A stretch of DNA of 34,355 nucleotides from Perkinsus chesapeaki ATCC PRA-425 (GCA_013115145.1 JAAPAO010000383.1:1-34355), one strand, 5' to 3'; shown: positions 11,534 through 23,196, numbered from the stretch's first letter. Translations and numbers: made by a program. The notes: a model not told the origin generated them from the sequence alone.

Positions 11534-12727
11534 ATGTCTCTTGTCCGACCCAATGAGCTACATCTAAAAGGTCGGATATACGAGGTGGCCAATCGATTCA
11601 AGCAAGGCCGAGGGAGCAAGTCCGGCGACCTGGTGGTCCAGCGTAGGTTGATGGACGCCAAGAACCCCGCTGAAGTGGTCAAGATAGTCCTCTCTGAGCC
11701 GACCGGCAAACTCGGCACTGTCAACTTTGCATGTGCAATGCATCGGTGTGCTGTATGGTTCCGAAAGGGTAACCCGAAGCCTGATGGTCTGTCTGAAATA
11801 CCCAAGTTAGCTCTCGAGACCATTGGTGATGTCTGGAGCCCGCGGGAGGCTGCTACCATGACATGGGCTCTAGCAGTGACCAAAGAGTTGCCCCAAATCC
11901 TCGAGTTTGCTCGACTAGCTATGACCGGTGATGGTGTGTCTGGCGGTGATGTTGCCAATATTGTGCACAGCTTTACTATTGCTGGGTTCAGCCCTCGAGA
12001 CTGCAGGACTACCCTCGCAGTGGTCGCCAAGCGGCTTACCTCTATGGACTTGTCCCAGCCTGATGTTATTGAACCAAAGCAGCTTGCTGCTATCTTGTGG
12101 GGCTTGGTAAAATTAGAGTTCACCGATGTATCAGTTATGGCTCATCTGGTAACAACTGCCGCTGTCAGAATGACCGACTTCAACTCACAAGATCTCAGTA
12201 TGGTATCCTGGGGCGTTGCCCGCTCCCTGGCTCTGATCCCCGACGATGACGCGTACACTAAAGTCGTGCAAGGTTGTGTCACTAAGATAGCCTATCGCGC
12301 CTCGACTGTCCAGCTTAGCTCTACTCAGGCGGTTACGAACACCCTATGGGCATTGGCACGGTGCAAGCAGGCTGGGCTGGTGGTGCCGTTAAGACGAATT
12401 AAAATGAAACCGTTAAAGCAGAGAAGTTCTCAGAACGTCGCCAACTATCTCTGGAGTATATGTGTTCTCGAACTGTCTCCTCCCAATGAGGCTGAGTTGA
12501 AGGAATTAATAAGTGTTCGGTTTACCATAAGAGAGCTGTGCAATGTGGTTTGGGCGCTGGCTCATTGGCCTCAGGCTCTCGGTTTGGCCTGGGACCTTCT
12601 ACCCACAATTATCGAGGGATCGGCTCAGCTGAGCCCATTGGACATTTCAAGCCTAAGTAAGGCAGTAGCAATGGCCGCTGCCGAGTGCGGTGCCCAATCC
12701 CTCAATAAATCAGCGGCATGTTTCTGA
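11534..12727 (+). CDS. Intronless helical-repeat protein (OPR/HPR/FASTK-like, probable RNA-binding)
   Basis: 397-aa ORF with degenerate ~35-40 aa repeats: SPREAATMTWALA, SGGDVANIVHSF, EPKQLAAILWGL, FNSQDLSMVSWGVA, STQAVTNTLWALA, SSQNVANYLWSI, TIRELCNVVWALA. No RAP domain recognised. Confidence 0.8.
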   Translation: MSLVRPNELHLKGRIYEVANRFKQGRGSKSGDLVVQRRLMDAKNPAEVVKIVLSEPTGKLGTVNFACAMHRCAVWFRKGNPKPDGLSEIPKLALETIGDVWSPREAATMTWALAVTKELPQILEFARLAMTGDGVSGGDVANIVHSFTIAGFSPRDCRTTLAVVAKRLTSMDLSQPDVIEPKQLAAILWGLVKLEFTDVSVMAHLVTTAAVRMTDFNSQDLSMVSWGVARSLALIPDDDAYTKVVQGCVTKIAYRASTVQLSSTQAVTNTLWALARCKQAGLVVPLRRIKMKPLKQRSSQNVANYLWSICVLELSPPNEAELKELISVRFTIRELCNVVWALAHWPQALGLAWDLLPTIIEGSAQLSPLDISSLSKAVAMAAAECGAQSLNKSAACF

Positions 12728-12811
12728 CTGTAATGGTTCGTTATTGTTATTGTTAATGAAAACGCAAATGAAAGTATTTCCGAAAATTATATCATCATCA
12801 ATCTTGGCTGA

Positions 12812-15176
12812 TTACACCTTAGCCTTCTTAGCATCGGGATTGCTCTCCATCTCCATATCCTCATCAACTATCTCTTCTATTGATCCATCAGGGACCTTCT
12901 CCTTCTGGTATATCACAATGTAGGCTATTTGTGTGTCAGCCCTGCCACCGACTAACTGGTCCACTACATACCTACGATAGACAGCCTTTCCTCGGCTACT
13001 AGCAGTCGATCGACTTACTTCCAATCATATTGAGTAACCTTATCATCATTAAACCTCACCCATTGGTCCTCCTTGAACACCTCACCATCAGCCTCTTTAA
13101 ACCTAATAGTATCCAAATAACCGTAAGATGCTTTCAAGGTTGATACTTGGCCCATCCCATATAATGTCCACCCTCAGCCGATCGACCTTCATGAGACACT
13201 ATAGACACACATTTGTAGTTTCCAGTAGGAATCTGCAGCCATAATACACCCCAAGTGATCCTCGCCTCCTCACCTTAGCAGTATTATCGTCCTGTCCATC
13301 ACTAGTCATCTCAACATCATCACTATCCTTTCTAGCTTCCTTTGCCTCAATACGCCTTCGTTCTTCTTCGTCCATATACACTCTGAGGACCAGCCCTCCC
13401 AAAATAAGCCTTCATCCCAGTACCCCTACCGTCTGCGTTGCCTGCCACGTGTTAGTTCTTTTTGTACATCATCAGTGCAGAAATCATAGACATCCAGCAC
13501 TTGAGGGAAAGTGACCTTCCTCGTGATCTTAGTTCGTGTGGCCTGTGTCCCTGTCAGACGTGGTACTTAATGCCTTCAGAGCCCGATAGCCTACCGGCCG
13601 AGGTGCTCTCTCCTTTCCACTGGAACCGTGCAAACTCTACTATAAGGAACTCGGGTAGTGAATCCATGGCTGATGACTTCTCAAACTCAGCATCGCGGCC
13701 CAGCACCTACCAAGGCGGCAGTATGAAGCCATAATCGGCGGCCCGTCCTATTATATATGTCATAGCCCTCCATTCTAACACGGTGGGGGGCTACCTCAGG
13801 CGACCCGGAAGTTTCCTCTCTAACATCCCAATCGAGTGGCCGATGTACCGGTTGAGCTCGGCATTTTTCCTAGCGGGATACTTTATCTTTCATCGCGAAA
13901 TCTCTTGATGATCTCCAGTAATGTATTGAACGCTTGAAACAGTATACTTGAAGAGGCACCGCCTACCGTGGCCTGCTTAGTGATAGTCTCCTTCAAACTG
14001 AGCTGGACACCTTGATACAGATGGCCCACAGGATCGGTCGGTGTTCCCATATGGCATAGGAGAACACGATGCTGCTCTTCCGAGACGGATTCTGGCTCGG
14101 CATCGGCTTCTAGGCAACTGATGAGTCCATTATATTCCCCCCACCACCGATATTACTGCAATCGGGTCCTCATTGTAAAGCCGAAGAGGTCGTCTACAAT
14201 ATTCCCTCCATTAGCCGTCTTGAGCGTGTCCGACAGGTTCAACATGATTGCTCTGAGGAACTCATCGGCATCCTGCTGTTGAGGAATACCTACACCGAAC
14301 TAAGTACCCACATCACCATTAATACTATCACCTTGAGTTGTCTTGCCGAAGGTATCGGGGTACATGACTCGAATCAGCATGAATAGGCTCGCCGGTTCGA
14401 AGGCCTCAGCCTTGGTACCGAGGTCCTTGAAGGTTTGATGGATCAAGGCACTGAGGCCGCGCTCTTGAGTGCTGCCTTCCGTATGGGCACTGCTATCGTA
14501 ACTGAATTAAAGTGAAGTCACCAGAGGTGTGAGTTAGACAGTACTCTAGTAGTGCCTGTCTCAGTGGAGGGACGGCATAGAGGGCTTGTAGTGTGGCATT
14601 CATGTAACAAGAATTACCCAAGTTAACTAGACCAATGGGAAGGGTTTCTACAGATCGTTCCTAAAAGAAAGTATCTTTGTGATGCATCAAGTGCACTGTT
14701 CAAGCTACAAAGCAGCGTACCTTGAGGACCTTCCTCCTTTCCTCGTCTGATAAGTCCTCTACAAAGACAATCGGCTTAGCTGGCTCCTTGAGTTGCTGGG
14801 CCACAGCGGTACCTTAGACGTGTAAGACTGCAAGGCTGTTGGTTGCAGGTACCAACCTAGTAGTGTTATTTTCTGCTTTGGCTTTGTTATTTTCTTGCTC
14901 AGGTCATCACTGTCCTTCAAAAGGCCGCCGGGTAGTCCCATTATTTTCTGTTTATCATGCGGAACACTGGTCAGGTTTTCTAACTGAGCCTGACAGTACA
15001 AGAGAAAATACTCTAGTGGTGATACTCCTTCCCATTCAAGTAACGACCCAGGTTCGATTCCCACCTATCAGCTGCCCTACTGGTATTACCTTGAAAACCG
15101 CCACCGGCTCGGATGTGTCCACTTCTACATCGTATGTAGTCTTGCCCCATTTAACAACGACTGGAACAGTAGGCAT
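12812..15176 (-). CDS. UBP6: Ubiquitin carboxyl-terminal hydrolase 14/UBP6 (UBL + USP domains), multi-exon
   Basis: [20 protein letters not shown]...[17 protein letters not shown] (UBL); Cys box [13 protein letters not shown] (about 14600-14640); His box [14 protein letters not shown] (about 13145-13190); WVRFNDDKV; [16 protein letters not shown]. Confidence 0.92.
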
Positions 15177-15431
15177 TGATCAAAATTCACAAACTAAGCT
15201 CAATAGAGGAATAACACAGCTTCTTTTATATCGGTTTTGTAGGGATGAGATCATTCCGCGACGATTATGCATGCACATTATGAATTTCGGATCACGAAAA
15301 GCAAGCTCGACGATTATAAGCATGTGATGTATTCCGCTTTGTGACATTTTTACTCAGCTGCGTAATCGTTGACGCATTGTTAGCATTAACTAAATCACTA
15401 TCTTTAAATTGTTTGTTCGACTGATATTACA
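15177..15431. promoter_or_regulatory. Short divergent (likely bidirectional) promoter region between UBP6 and the nucleotidase
   Basis: Head-to-head ATGs at 15176 (-) and 15432 (+), 255 bp apart. Contains the palindrome TGCATGCA at 15268-15275. Confidence 0.5.
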
Positions 15432-16692
15432 ATGGCATCAGCCAGCACATTACGCAGCTGCTCCCAGCAGCGACCTGTTGTTGCCTGTGACCTTGATGAG
15501 GTCCTCGGGCAGTATTTGGCCACTTACATCAAGTGGCACAATAGAGTCTATGGAACTAACCTCAAACTATCCGACTTCTTCACTTATCGGTTTTGGGAGG
15601 TTCAAGGAGGTAGCGTCCTTGTTACCATTGTTATAATGCTTCTGAATGGTGCATTGCTTATCACCTTTGTCGGTTCGGAAACATAGCGCTCGAACGACCG
15701 TTGGTGTTTTAGGCGCCCCAGAGGACTCAATGAGGAAGTGTTACCAATTCCACGAGTCCCCCGAGTTCAAAGCTGGTCTGCCTCTGGTGCCTGGAGCTCA
15801 GGAATACGTCAAAAAAATACAAAAGTTTGCTGATGTACATATTGTTACTTCTCGACAAGAGGTAAGATGCCTTTACATTTTCCAAGTATATCCTTTGGAC
15901 AGACGGGTAACGTAATCCTTGCCGTATATTACTTCCAAGTGGTAGCTGGACTTATTAGTACTACTATCAACTCTTGGTGTGTTGTCCTTCAATTGGGGGG
16001 TTCTCGATACCGTAGGTCTCCTTGAGCGGTAATAGTTTTATAATTGTTCCGTTCAGCAGCTCCTTGTTGTTATAAATTATACTGTAATCGTATAAATTAT
16101 ATACTTTTATCAACTCGAATTTCATAACTTTATTTTCATAAATATTTCCTGTGAGGCGTTTAATGTATTAAAATGCGGTATTAGTAGCGTGCTTCTTCTT
16201 CATCCTCAGCAAATTAGACAAGACACTTATGATTGGGTGTTTAAGAACTTTGGCATCCCAGCTAGTCGGGTGCATCTTGGCAATCATTTTGGCTTCACTG
16301 GTAAGGCAACTTCCAAAGCCGATATGTGCAAAGTAATAACTGAGCTGCGATTTGAGGAGAGAGCGGTATCAGGCAATTGGCGCTACCTTACTCATCGATG
16401 ACAACCCGATGTACATAAATGATGCAGTTTCCCATGGTTTTGGCGGTATACTGTTCGACTACAATCATGGGTGATGAGAGGAAGGAGCGGTATGAGATAT
16501 GGTTATATTAGGTACGGTTGGAGCCATAATCCTGATACCCCAATACCCGATGGAGCTATCGTGGCCACCAACTGGGCTCAGGTCTACGATGACGTCCGGA
16601 GCATGGTTCCACTTGCTGTATCTGTTGAAGTATCATCATCGCCTGCCTCGGCCCCTAAGGGGAATCGAGAGGAGGTAGAGGTCCGTGTGTGA
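15432..16692 (+). CDS. HAD-superfamily 5'(3')-deoxyribonucleotidase (NT5C-like), multi-exon
   Basis: Motif I VVACDLDEVL; LPLVPGAQEYV; motif II IVTSRQE; TYDWVFKNF; motif III SKADMCK; motif IV LIDDN; LFDYNHG/YGWS; NWAQV. Confidence 0.88.
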
Positions 16693-16899
16693 ATCTAAGA
16701 GACACTGGAGGAGGTCCGTAGATTGCAGTGATGTATTCGTGGTCAGGCCTCATGGATGGTCTGTTGTTATTGTCATTACCATCGAATAGGTGGTTTTTCT
16801 TCAGTTTAACCCTCTTCGGTGGTGTTTCCCATCTCTAGGCCTGGACACTGGTTACTCTAGTCGTTTCTGTCACTAATACTGACATTCAACCTTATATAA

Positions 16900-17480
16900 C
16901 TGTTCTCCTACAGGAGACTTCTACTACTACCATTTGCCCTTTCAGCATGTTGAGTTCCTTCAATAGGGTCCTTTTGCTAGCTTACGTCATGTCTAATGGT
17001 GAGGCACCTGTCTCTGCAGTGGGCAAGGTCCCTGTGCGGGAGAAGTTGATACGGTAGTAGTAACCAAACTGGAGCCAAGGATAGGACGGTGCTGAGTAGG
17101 CATGAAGGTTTGGAAGAGTTCGATTCTAGAATACCGGAGAGCCTGGTGAAGAAGGGAAAGTTCGAAGTTACCCAATTTGGTGGTGGTAATGATATATGGG
17201 GATTTGGGGCAGGAGTGGTAGTGTGGGGAAGGATAGGTGTTTTTTAAGAGAAATTATCGGCAATAGGACTCGGTATGAGGTAGTAGAGTTGCTGCTGATA
17301 ATGGGGAGGATGTTGTAGATATATCATCATTGAAATTGGATATTTTTTAGGTCAAACTTAAGCTGTGTATGGTAAGAATTTTGTGCGACTTTTCTAGTTC
17401 GCAACAGCCAAAACGGGTTTAGGCCAGGAACTCCGAGGCTATATTAAGCTTAGTATTGTCGTAACCCTTCGTGAAGGGAA
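16900..17480 (+). CDS. Unresolved multi-exon gene or gene remnant
   Basis: Short GT-AG-bounded blocks read VGKVPVREKLIR/HEGLEEFDSRIPESLVKKGKFEVTQF and FLREIIGNRTR/YIIIEIGYFLGQT. I could not build a stop-free model. Confidence 0.3.
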
Positions 17481-17879
17481 GACTCAAACTCTCATATACA
17501 GCACAGATCTTTGGGGAAACCGTTTATGCTAGAACTATGTGGGGGGGCGGGGGTGTATGGGAACCGCCAGATAAAGATGATGATGATTTGGCGTACAGTG
17601 TAGAGTGATAGAATAGTTCATAATGGCATATAGTGGGTAATCACTGCTATAGTGATGAATGGTGTGTGATAGTACCTTATAATGTAGCTGTGAGCATTTA
17701 GTGTATCCTATATCTCCTATATTGCCGTGCGCTATTGTTGTTTCTACTGTATGGGCTAGGTTCAGCAGGCTGTATAGAGGCCAGACCAACAATATTACAT
17801 TATTCTGGTATAAGAAGACATCATAAATACACACAGAGGTTAAGGATAATCAATGCTGGGGTGTCGAGTGTGAGGTAAT

Positions 17880-20530
17880 ATGGAGGTCATGTCTGGGAGG
17901 AGGAGGAGGGACTTGGCGGCAATTGCAACATTATATCGATTATTAAGTCGATTCGAGCACTGCTTCGGACAAGTGTTTGACATGAGTGACACTTGGTTGT
18001 GGATAGTGTATATTCGATTATACAACACCCCCTTTATTATATCGCAGTTTGATTCACGGTTGAATATCTCCTAACTTCATCTTGTGAAATCTACTCCTGA
18101 CTTCTAGGAGCCCTCTACCGTACGATATTAGGTAAGCCATGTGATACTGAAAGTGGAGATCTTGTTGGCTATTAGCGTGATCCGCCTTCAGAGTAGTTGT
18201 GATACCACCATCTAGCCCTTGGATCAAACTGGAATGCATTAAGAAGGGTTTACTGGCTCCTGGTATGAGCGAAGAGATTGATGTAGTGGTGGAAGTCAAT
18301 GATTATCGATATAAATATGAATGCATTAGGGTGAGCTAGCTATAGCTCCTCTTACCATACCCGAGCCCTACCTAGGTCCTATGTGGAGCTGTGGAGACAG
18401 CAGCAGCAGCTGGCTCCTCCTCCTCTGAGGTGCCGGGGGAGCATGATGCCTCGCTGAACGTGCCGGTCCATGTCTATGCCACTGCTAACAAACTAGTAGA
18501 GAAGGAACTACCGACTCTGGTTGATTTTGGTAGGAGAGATAATCTCGTGGCGCAGCGGTCATATTCAGGGACAGTAGCCATTGGCTCTACCGTTGAAAAA
18601 CGGTTTCCTCTCCGATGTGATGTTCCTCTAGAGTTCGACTTTGAACTGGTTCATGTGCGGCAACATCCCGACTTGGTGGTGACGGTAGACAGGTAGGCAA
18701 GCAGGTGGGTAGTCGAGAGAAGTTAGAGAGGTTCAGGGAGAGGATTAGCCCGGAGAGACCGGCGGAGCTCACTGTGGTGTATCGCCCGACCAGTTATACC
18801 TCGGCACTATCGGAGATTGAAGTGGTGTTGGCTCAGTTTGGTGGGGATGCTGTGCGAAGGGTTAAGGTAGGTGGGAGGCTTTGAGTTGTGGCAGGCTATT
18901 TTATTCAATAATATGGTTGGGTATCTTGTCGTACTGACAGGCAAAAGATGACTCCTACTAGCTGGCGCCGTGTATGGTGCGAGCACGTAGCTGTTATTAA
19001 TATAGTAATATTTGTATTCATATTACTGGTCGCATATTCTATACCGTTTCGATTATCTTTGAAGCGATTGCGGTGGTGAGGTGAAGGGTTGTTGGTGGGT
19101 GTCAGATATCAGGGGCATGTTTGCCGGGTTTTTGGAAGGCAAAGGTGAAAGAGGAGGGGCTACGAGAGTTGGAGGAACGGAGACAGAAGGGGCATGATGG
19201 GTCCATTATACGGAGGGTGGAGAAACTGATGGAAAAATCGAAAAATAGGAGAGGAAGGCGAGGGAAGTTGAGAGCTGCTAACGGGGACTTAATGAGCAGC
19301 AGCGATGTGGTCATGGACGGGTTGTATGTCCCTCGGGTGGGAGGAGACTGCAGGGCTCTGGGTCAGAATGAAACGAGCTATGTGCTGATGCAGAAGCCGG
19401 GCAAGGCACCGTTGAGGCATTTGGGAAGGTTTATAGAGGAGAGTAGGAGTGGGAAGATAAAGGAGAGGGAGGAAAGGAAAAAGAGGAAGAAAATGATTGG
19501 GCGCATGGTGGATATTTTGTGGCGTGCGGTAGTTTGGTGGTCATGGAGGGCATGGTTGGATGTATACGATGAGGCTAGGCGGAGAGCTAAGAAGGAGCTG
19601 CGATTGAAGTTGGCGGAGGCAGTGTTAGAGCGGGGTGATGCTGGGGAAGGGAGCGATGAGGAAGAAGAGGAGGAGGGGGGAGAGGAGGTGGATGTGGAGG
19701 AGGTTGATAGGGAGGAGATGGATAGGGAGGAGGTTGGAGGGTATGAGAATGACCCAAGGACAGTGGAGGCTAGAAGGCTGATAGAGGAGAGAGGAGTGGT
19801 AGAGGCAGAAGAGGAGGAGGAGTCTAGTGGAGTTGAGGAAATGCAAGATGAGCAAGATTTGAGTGAGGATGCTAAGTTGTTAATAGAGATAGCAGAGGAG
19901 ATCAGAGAGGAGGCTAAGAGGGAGAAGGAGGCGGCTGAAGCTGCTGTAGCTGAAGAGGTGGAGGTAAGTGCAGCGGTGGTGGAGGAGGATACTGAGGAGC
20001 CGCTCGTGGAGGAGCAGGTGGAGGAGAGTGAAATACCGGCTGATGATGAAGTTGGTAATGATGTCGTAGGTAGTGGGGTAGTTAAAAGTGATGGTGAGGA
20101 GGAGAAGGAGAGTAGCTACTGGTTTGAGGAGTCTAGGAAGTTTGACTTTCGGATGGCTCGCCGAATGCCACTCACTTTGGCATTTGGAGGAGTGCTCCTA
20201 ACAGGCAGGACGGCTCAGCACCCTCGACTTTTTGAGGATTTTGCTGTAGCGTTATCCCGTTTACGAGTGGTAGGGGATACAGTAGATGGCAGTGTGCTGA
20301 GTGATACGGACAGTGATGGCCGGGATGAAGGGTGGGAGCCTGTGATGTGTAGCAGAGAAGGTGCGCTGGCAAGCTTTGGGTTGGAGGGGATAGAGGAGGG
20401 GATAGGGGAGGATGATGTGAAGGAAAGTTGGTATGAGATAGGTCAGGCTAAGATGATGCTACGGGAGGAGATGAAGAAGGTAGGCGAGGAGCTTATGGCG
20501 GCGGCGGGGGCGGCGGGCATGCAGCGGTAG
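17880..20530 (+). CDS. CFAP221: Cilia- and flagella-associated protein 221 (PCDP1/FAP221-like central-pair protein); 5' end uncertain
   Basis: RVVVIPPSSPWIKLECIKKGLLAPGMSEEIDVVVEVNDYRYKYECIR (about 18195-18330); LPTLVDFG/TVAIGSTVEKRFPLRCDVPLEFDFEL; VVLAQFGG; ISGACLPG; QNETSYVLMQKPGK. These match the order of CFAP221 motifs as I recall them. Last exon is long and Glu-rich. Confidence 0.75.
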
Positions 20531-20551
20531 TTTCGGCGGTGGTATGATAGC

Positions 20552-23196
20552 ATGGCCAGACGGTGGTTTACTATTGTTCAAGGTCTTCCGCTGTTGAGTT
20601 GTTGTTACTACTGCGGTGAAGTGTGGCTTAGTTGTGTTATGGCTGTTAGGGCGGAGGCCGTATCTTCACTCTATTTGCTGGCTCAGAGGGTGAATATCTT
20701 AAGTCGACCCGGGGTTTCTGGGGTTGAGGTGGGGAGCTTCGTCAAGGATGCGGCGGAGGTCATCGGTGGGATGGGGGAGATGGACAAGTCGGATTGCGCT
20801 CATCTGGCGAGTATCTTACAGTTCTCCACTCGCTTTGCGCACCCGGAAGAATTTTCTATCTTAATAGAGCGCTCGCTGCCTGCCCTGAAACAGAGCATGG
20901 CCTGTGCGGATGATACCGTCCTCGCCAGCATCCTTACCTCGATCTCCAAGGCCTCCCATCGAATCCCTTCCTGGTTTGCTGTTGTGGCCGCGGACACCGT
21001 GAAGAGCTCTGGGGTGATCGAGACGGGGAGGGTGATGCCGGCTGTAACTACTATGAAGGCGTTGACTAGACTGGGGTACGAGGATGAGGAGGGGCTGTTG
21101 TATCCCCGGTTGAAGGAACTGTTGCATTCGCGAGCGCCCCACCTGAACCCGGAGGAGCTGGCTTCGGCGCTCCACGCCTTCGCCGGGCATCGGCGACACG
21201 GGTTAGATAGGAGGCTGCTGGAGAGTATGGCTGAGAGGATCGTTAAGTGCGGTGAGGAGGTAGGTAACAGCTGCAGTGGTGGTGGGGTAGGGCTGGGTGC
21301 TCAGATAAAAGGCACAACTGCGGCTAGTCTGCTGTACAGCTTTACCATGGCGAAGTTAAGTGATCGAAGGATGGTGGATATACTAGGACAAGCAGTAGTG
21401 AGGGGAGCCGATAGTATGAAGGTGAGGGGTAGTAGGAGGAGGATAGGGGACAGGAGTTGTGTTAGGTTGATGAGATCACTTTGGCACTTACTGCATTGGC
21501 TGGGGCGCGTGACGCTTGTGACGCTGCCAAGTTGTTTATGGCTATATCAGAGTAATACGGATTGTGATTGGTTGGAAAGAGTGAAGGTGTAATTATAGTG
21601 GGCGTGGACGATAAGACATGGTCGAGGCAGGGATCGAACCTGCCTCGACCACCAAGCCTGGGGCGGTTGGAAAATTGGCCACAAGGGGGTAAAAAGAGAA
21701 AGTTCGCTCAGTTTTTCAAGTTTGCCGAATCGGATGGAATATCACATCCCCTCCAAGAGGGTACCATGTTATCAGCTACTTCCGTAGCTGGTCTCTGAGG
21801 CTGGTGTTATCGGCCGAAATGGTATCTATGATGGGGGAGCCCCCCGGAACCACCTTTGGCCACTGTACAGGATGTTATAACTACGAGTCAGCATCTCTAC
21901 TGCCCAGTGCCCAGACCTAAGCTCCATCATCTCCGATCAAAACCACCTCATCATCACTTTGCCAATGTTTAGGCCACTCACGCATCGCCTTGATGAACTG
22001 CGGCCGATGAACATCAGTGCTGTTGTGCAGGCTGCTGCTAGAGCACGCTTCTATGACTATCGCCTTCTATCCTCCCTTACCCATTGTGCTTTGGACAAGA
22101 TGGGCTTGGACCAATTCTCTACAGTGGAGCTGGCAATGCTTATTCAAGGGTTGACTAAATTGAAGTAGACGGTTATGGTCGGGGGTAGATTTGGTTGTAT
22201 TCACTGACCAGGTTTGGTAGCAGCTCACTTCATATAGCGTTGCTCTCGGCTTATATGGGCCGGACTGTGGGGGAAGGAGACGCAGTGGCGGTGGCCATGG
22301 TGATGGATGCGGCCAGGCGCAGGTTCAATTCCTTGCAGAAGCAAAAGGGCCCAAGTAGGGTTGAATATATCCTTTGATCCACGTGGGTGACTCAGGTCGC
22401 CATGTTTCTAGCCGCAAGAGTGCTGTAAGCCCTCTTGAAGCGACCTTGGCCGCTTTGAGGGTAGGGTGTGCTCGATGGGTGCAGCAAGTGGATCTGGGGT
22501 CGGTAGGGACTAGGGAGGTGACGCAGATTGCAACGTGTTTGGTGGCTATGGGAGAAGTGCAGGAAGGTAGGGGTAATAGGGCGGCTTAGGGGTACTGGTG
22601 GATCAGGCGAATCTCACCAAGCATCGCTGTATGGTCTATTTCATGAGTTGTCCAAGCGTGTCGATGAAGGGATTGTGGAGGAGGAGGGCCAAAGGTTCAT
22701 AGCTCACGCGTGGCGAGCTTACCTTACCTTGGCACGAGACGAGTCGGTGGAGGAGGAGTTTGGGGAGAAGGTGATAGTACTAGGGTTGTGGTGGGAGGGA
22801 TGGGATATCTAATAGCCTTATGATAAAGTTACCACTGGTAACGTATTACATATCCCTAAGGTCCTCATGCAGGTTACCTACGTAGCATCCGCGCTAATGT
22901 GTGAAAATTCGGACAGGTCGCTTTCCTGTAACTTCCCTTTGCCTCCGATATGGTTGGTGTCGTGGACTTGCCGATGCTGACTGTGGTGGTGTTGTTAGAC
23001 TCGAGAGATCCTGTTGAGGGTTGAACGGAGACATCCGGAGGGTGGCAGGGGGCGGCCATCTCAGGATAGTAGGGTCATGCGTCGGTCGGTAGCACGGAGG
23101 GAGTTTGATTCTGTTGCGGCTGGCCGAGAGACAACTGCTAGAAAGCCGTTCCAGAATAATACAGTCGTTGAGGGACTGTTTGATGACGCTATTTGA
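20552..23196 (+). CDS. Helical-repeat (OPR/HPR-like) protein, possibly organelle-targeted, multi-exon
   Basis: Repeats LNPEELASALHAFA, IKGTTAASLLYSF, MK/VDEITLALTALA, LRPMNISAVVQAAA, FSTVELAMLIQGL. Arg-rich, acid-free N-terminus MARRWFTIV. 3' exons less certain. Confidence 0.7.
21619..21651 (-). other. Perfect 13-bp hairpin with a TTCGATC loop (tRNA minihelix geometry) inside intron 21552-21972
   Basis: Minus strand reads T-GGTCGAG-GCAGG-TTCGATC-CCTGC-CTCGACC-A. Confidence 0.85.

Noticed and set aside
17535-18028. His/Tyr-rich minus-strand ORFs
   Set aside because: Antisense shadows of a G/T-rich low-complexity plus strand.
18571-18590. acagtagccattggctctac resembles the dinoflagellate/Perkinsus spliced leader (ACCGTAGCCATYTTGGCTCAAG)
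   Set aside because: It lies inside a conserved CFAP221 exon (GTVAIGST), has several differences, and has no following GT donor or Sm site; likely coincidence.
19625-20372. Leu/Pro/His-rich antisense ORFs
   Set aside because: Reverse complement of the Glu-rich CFAP221 exon.
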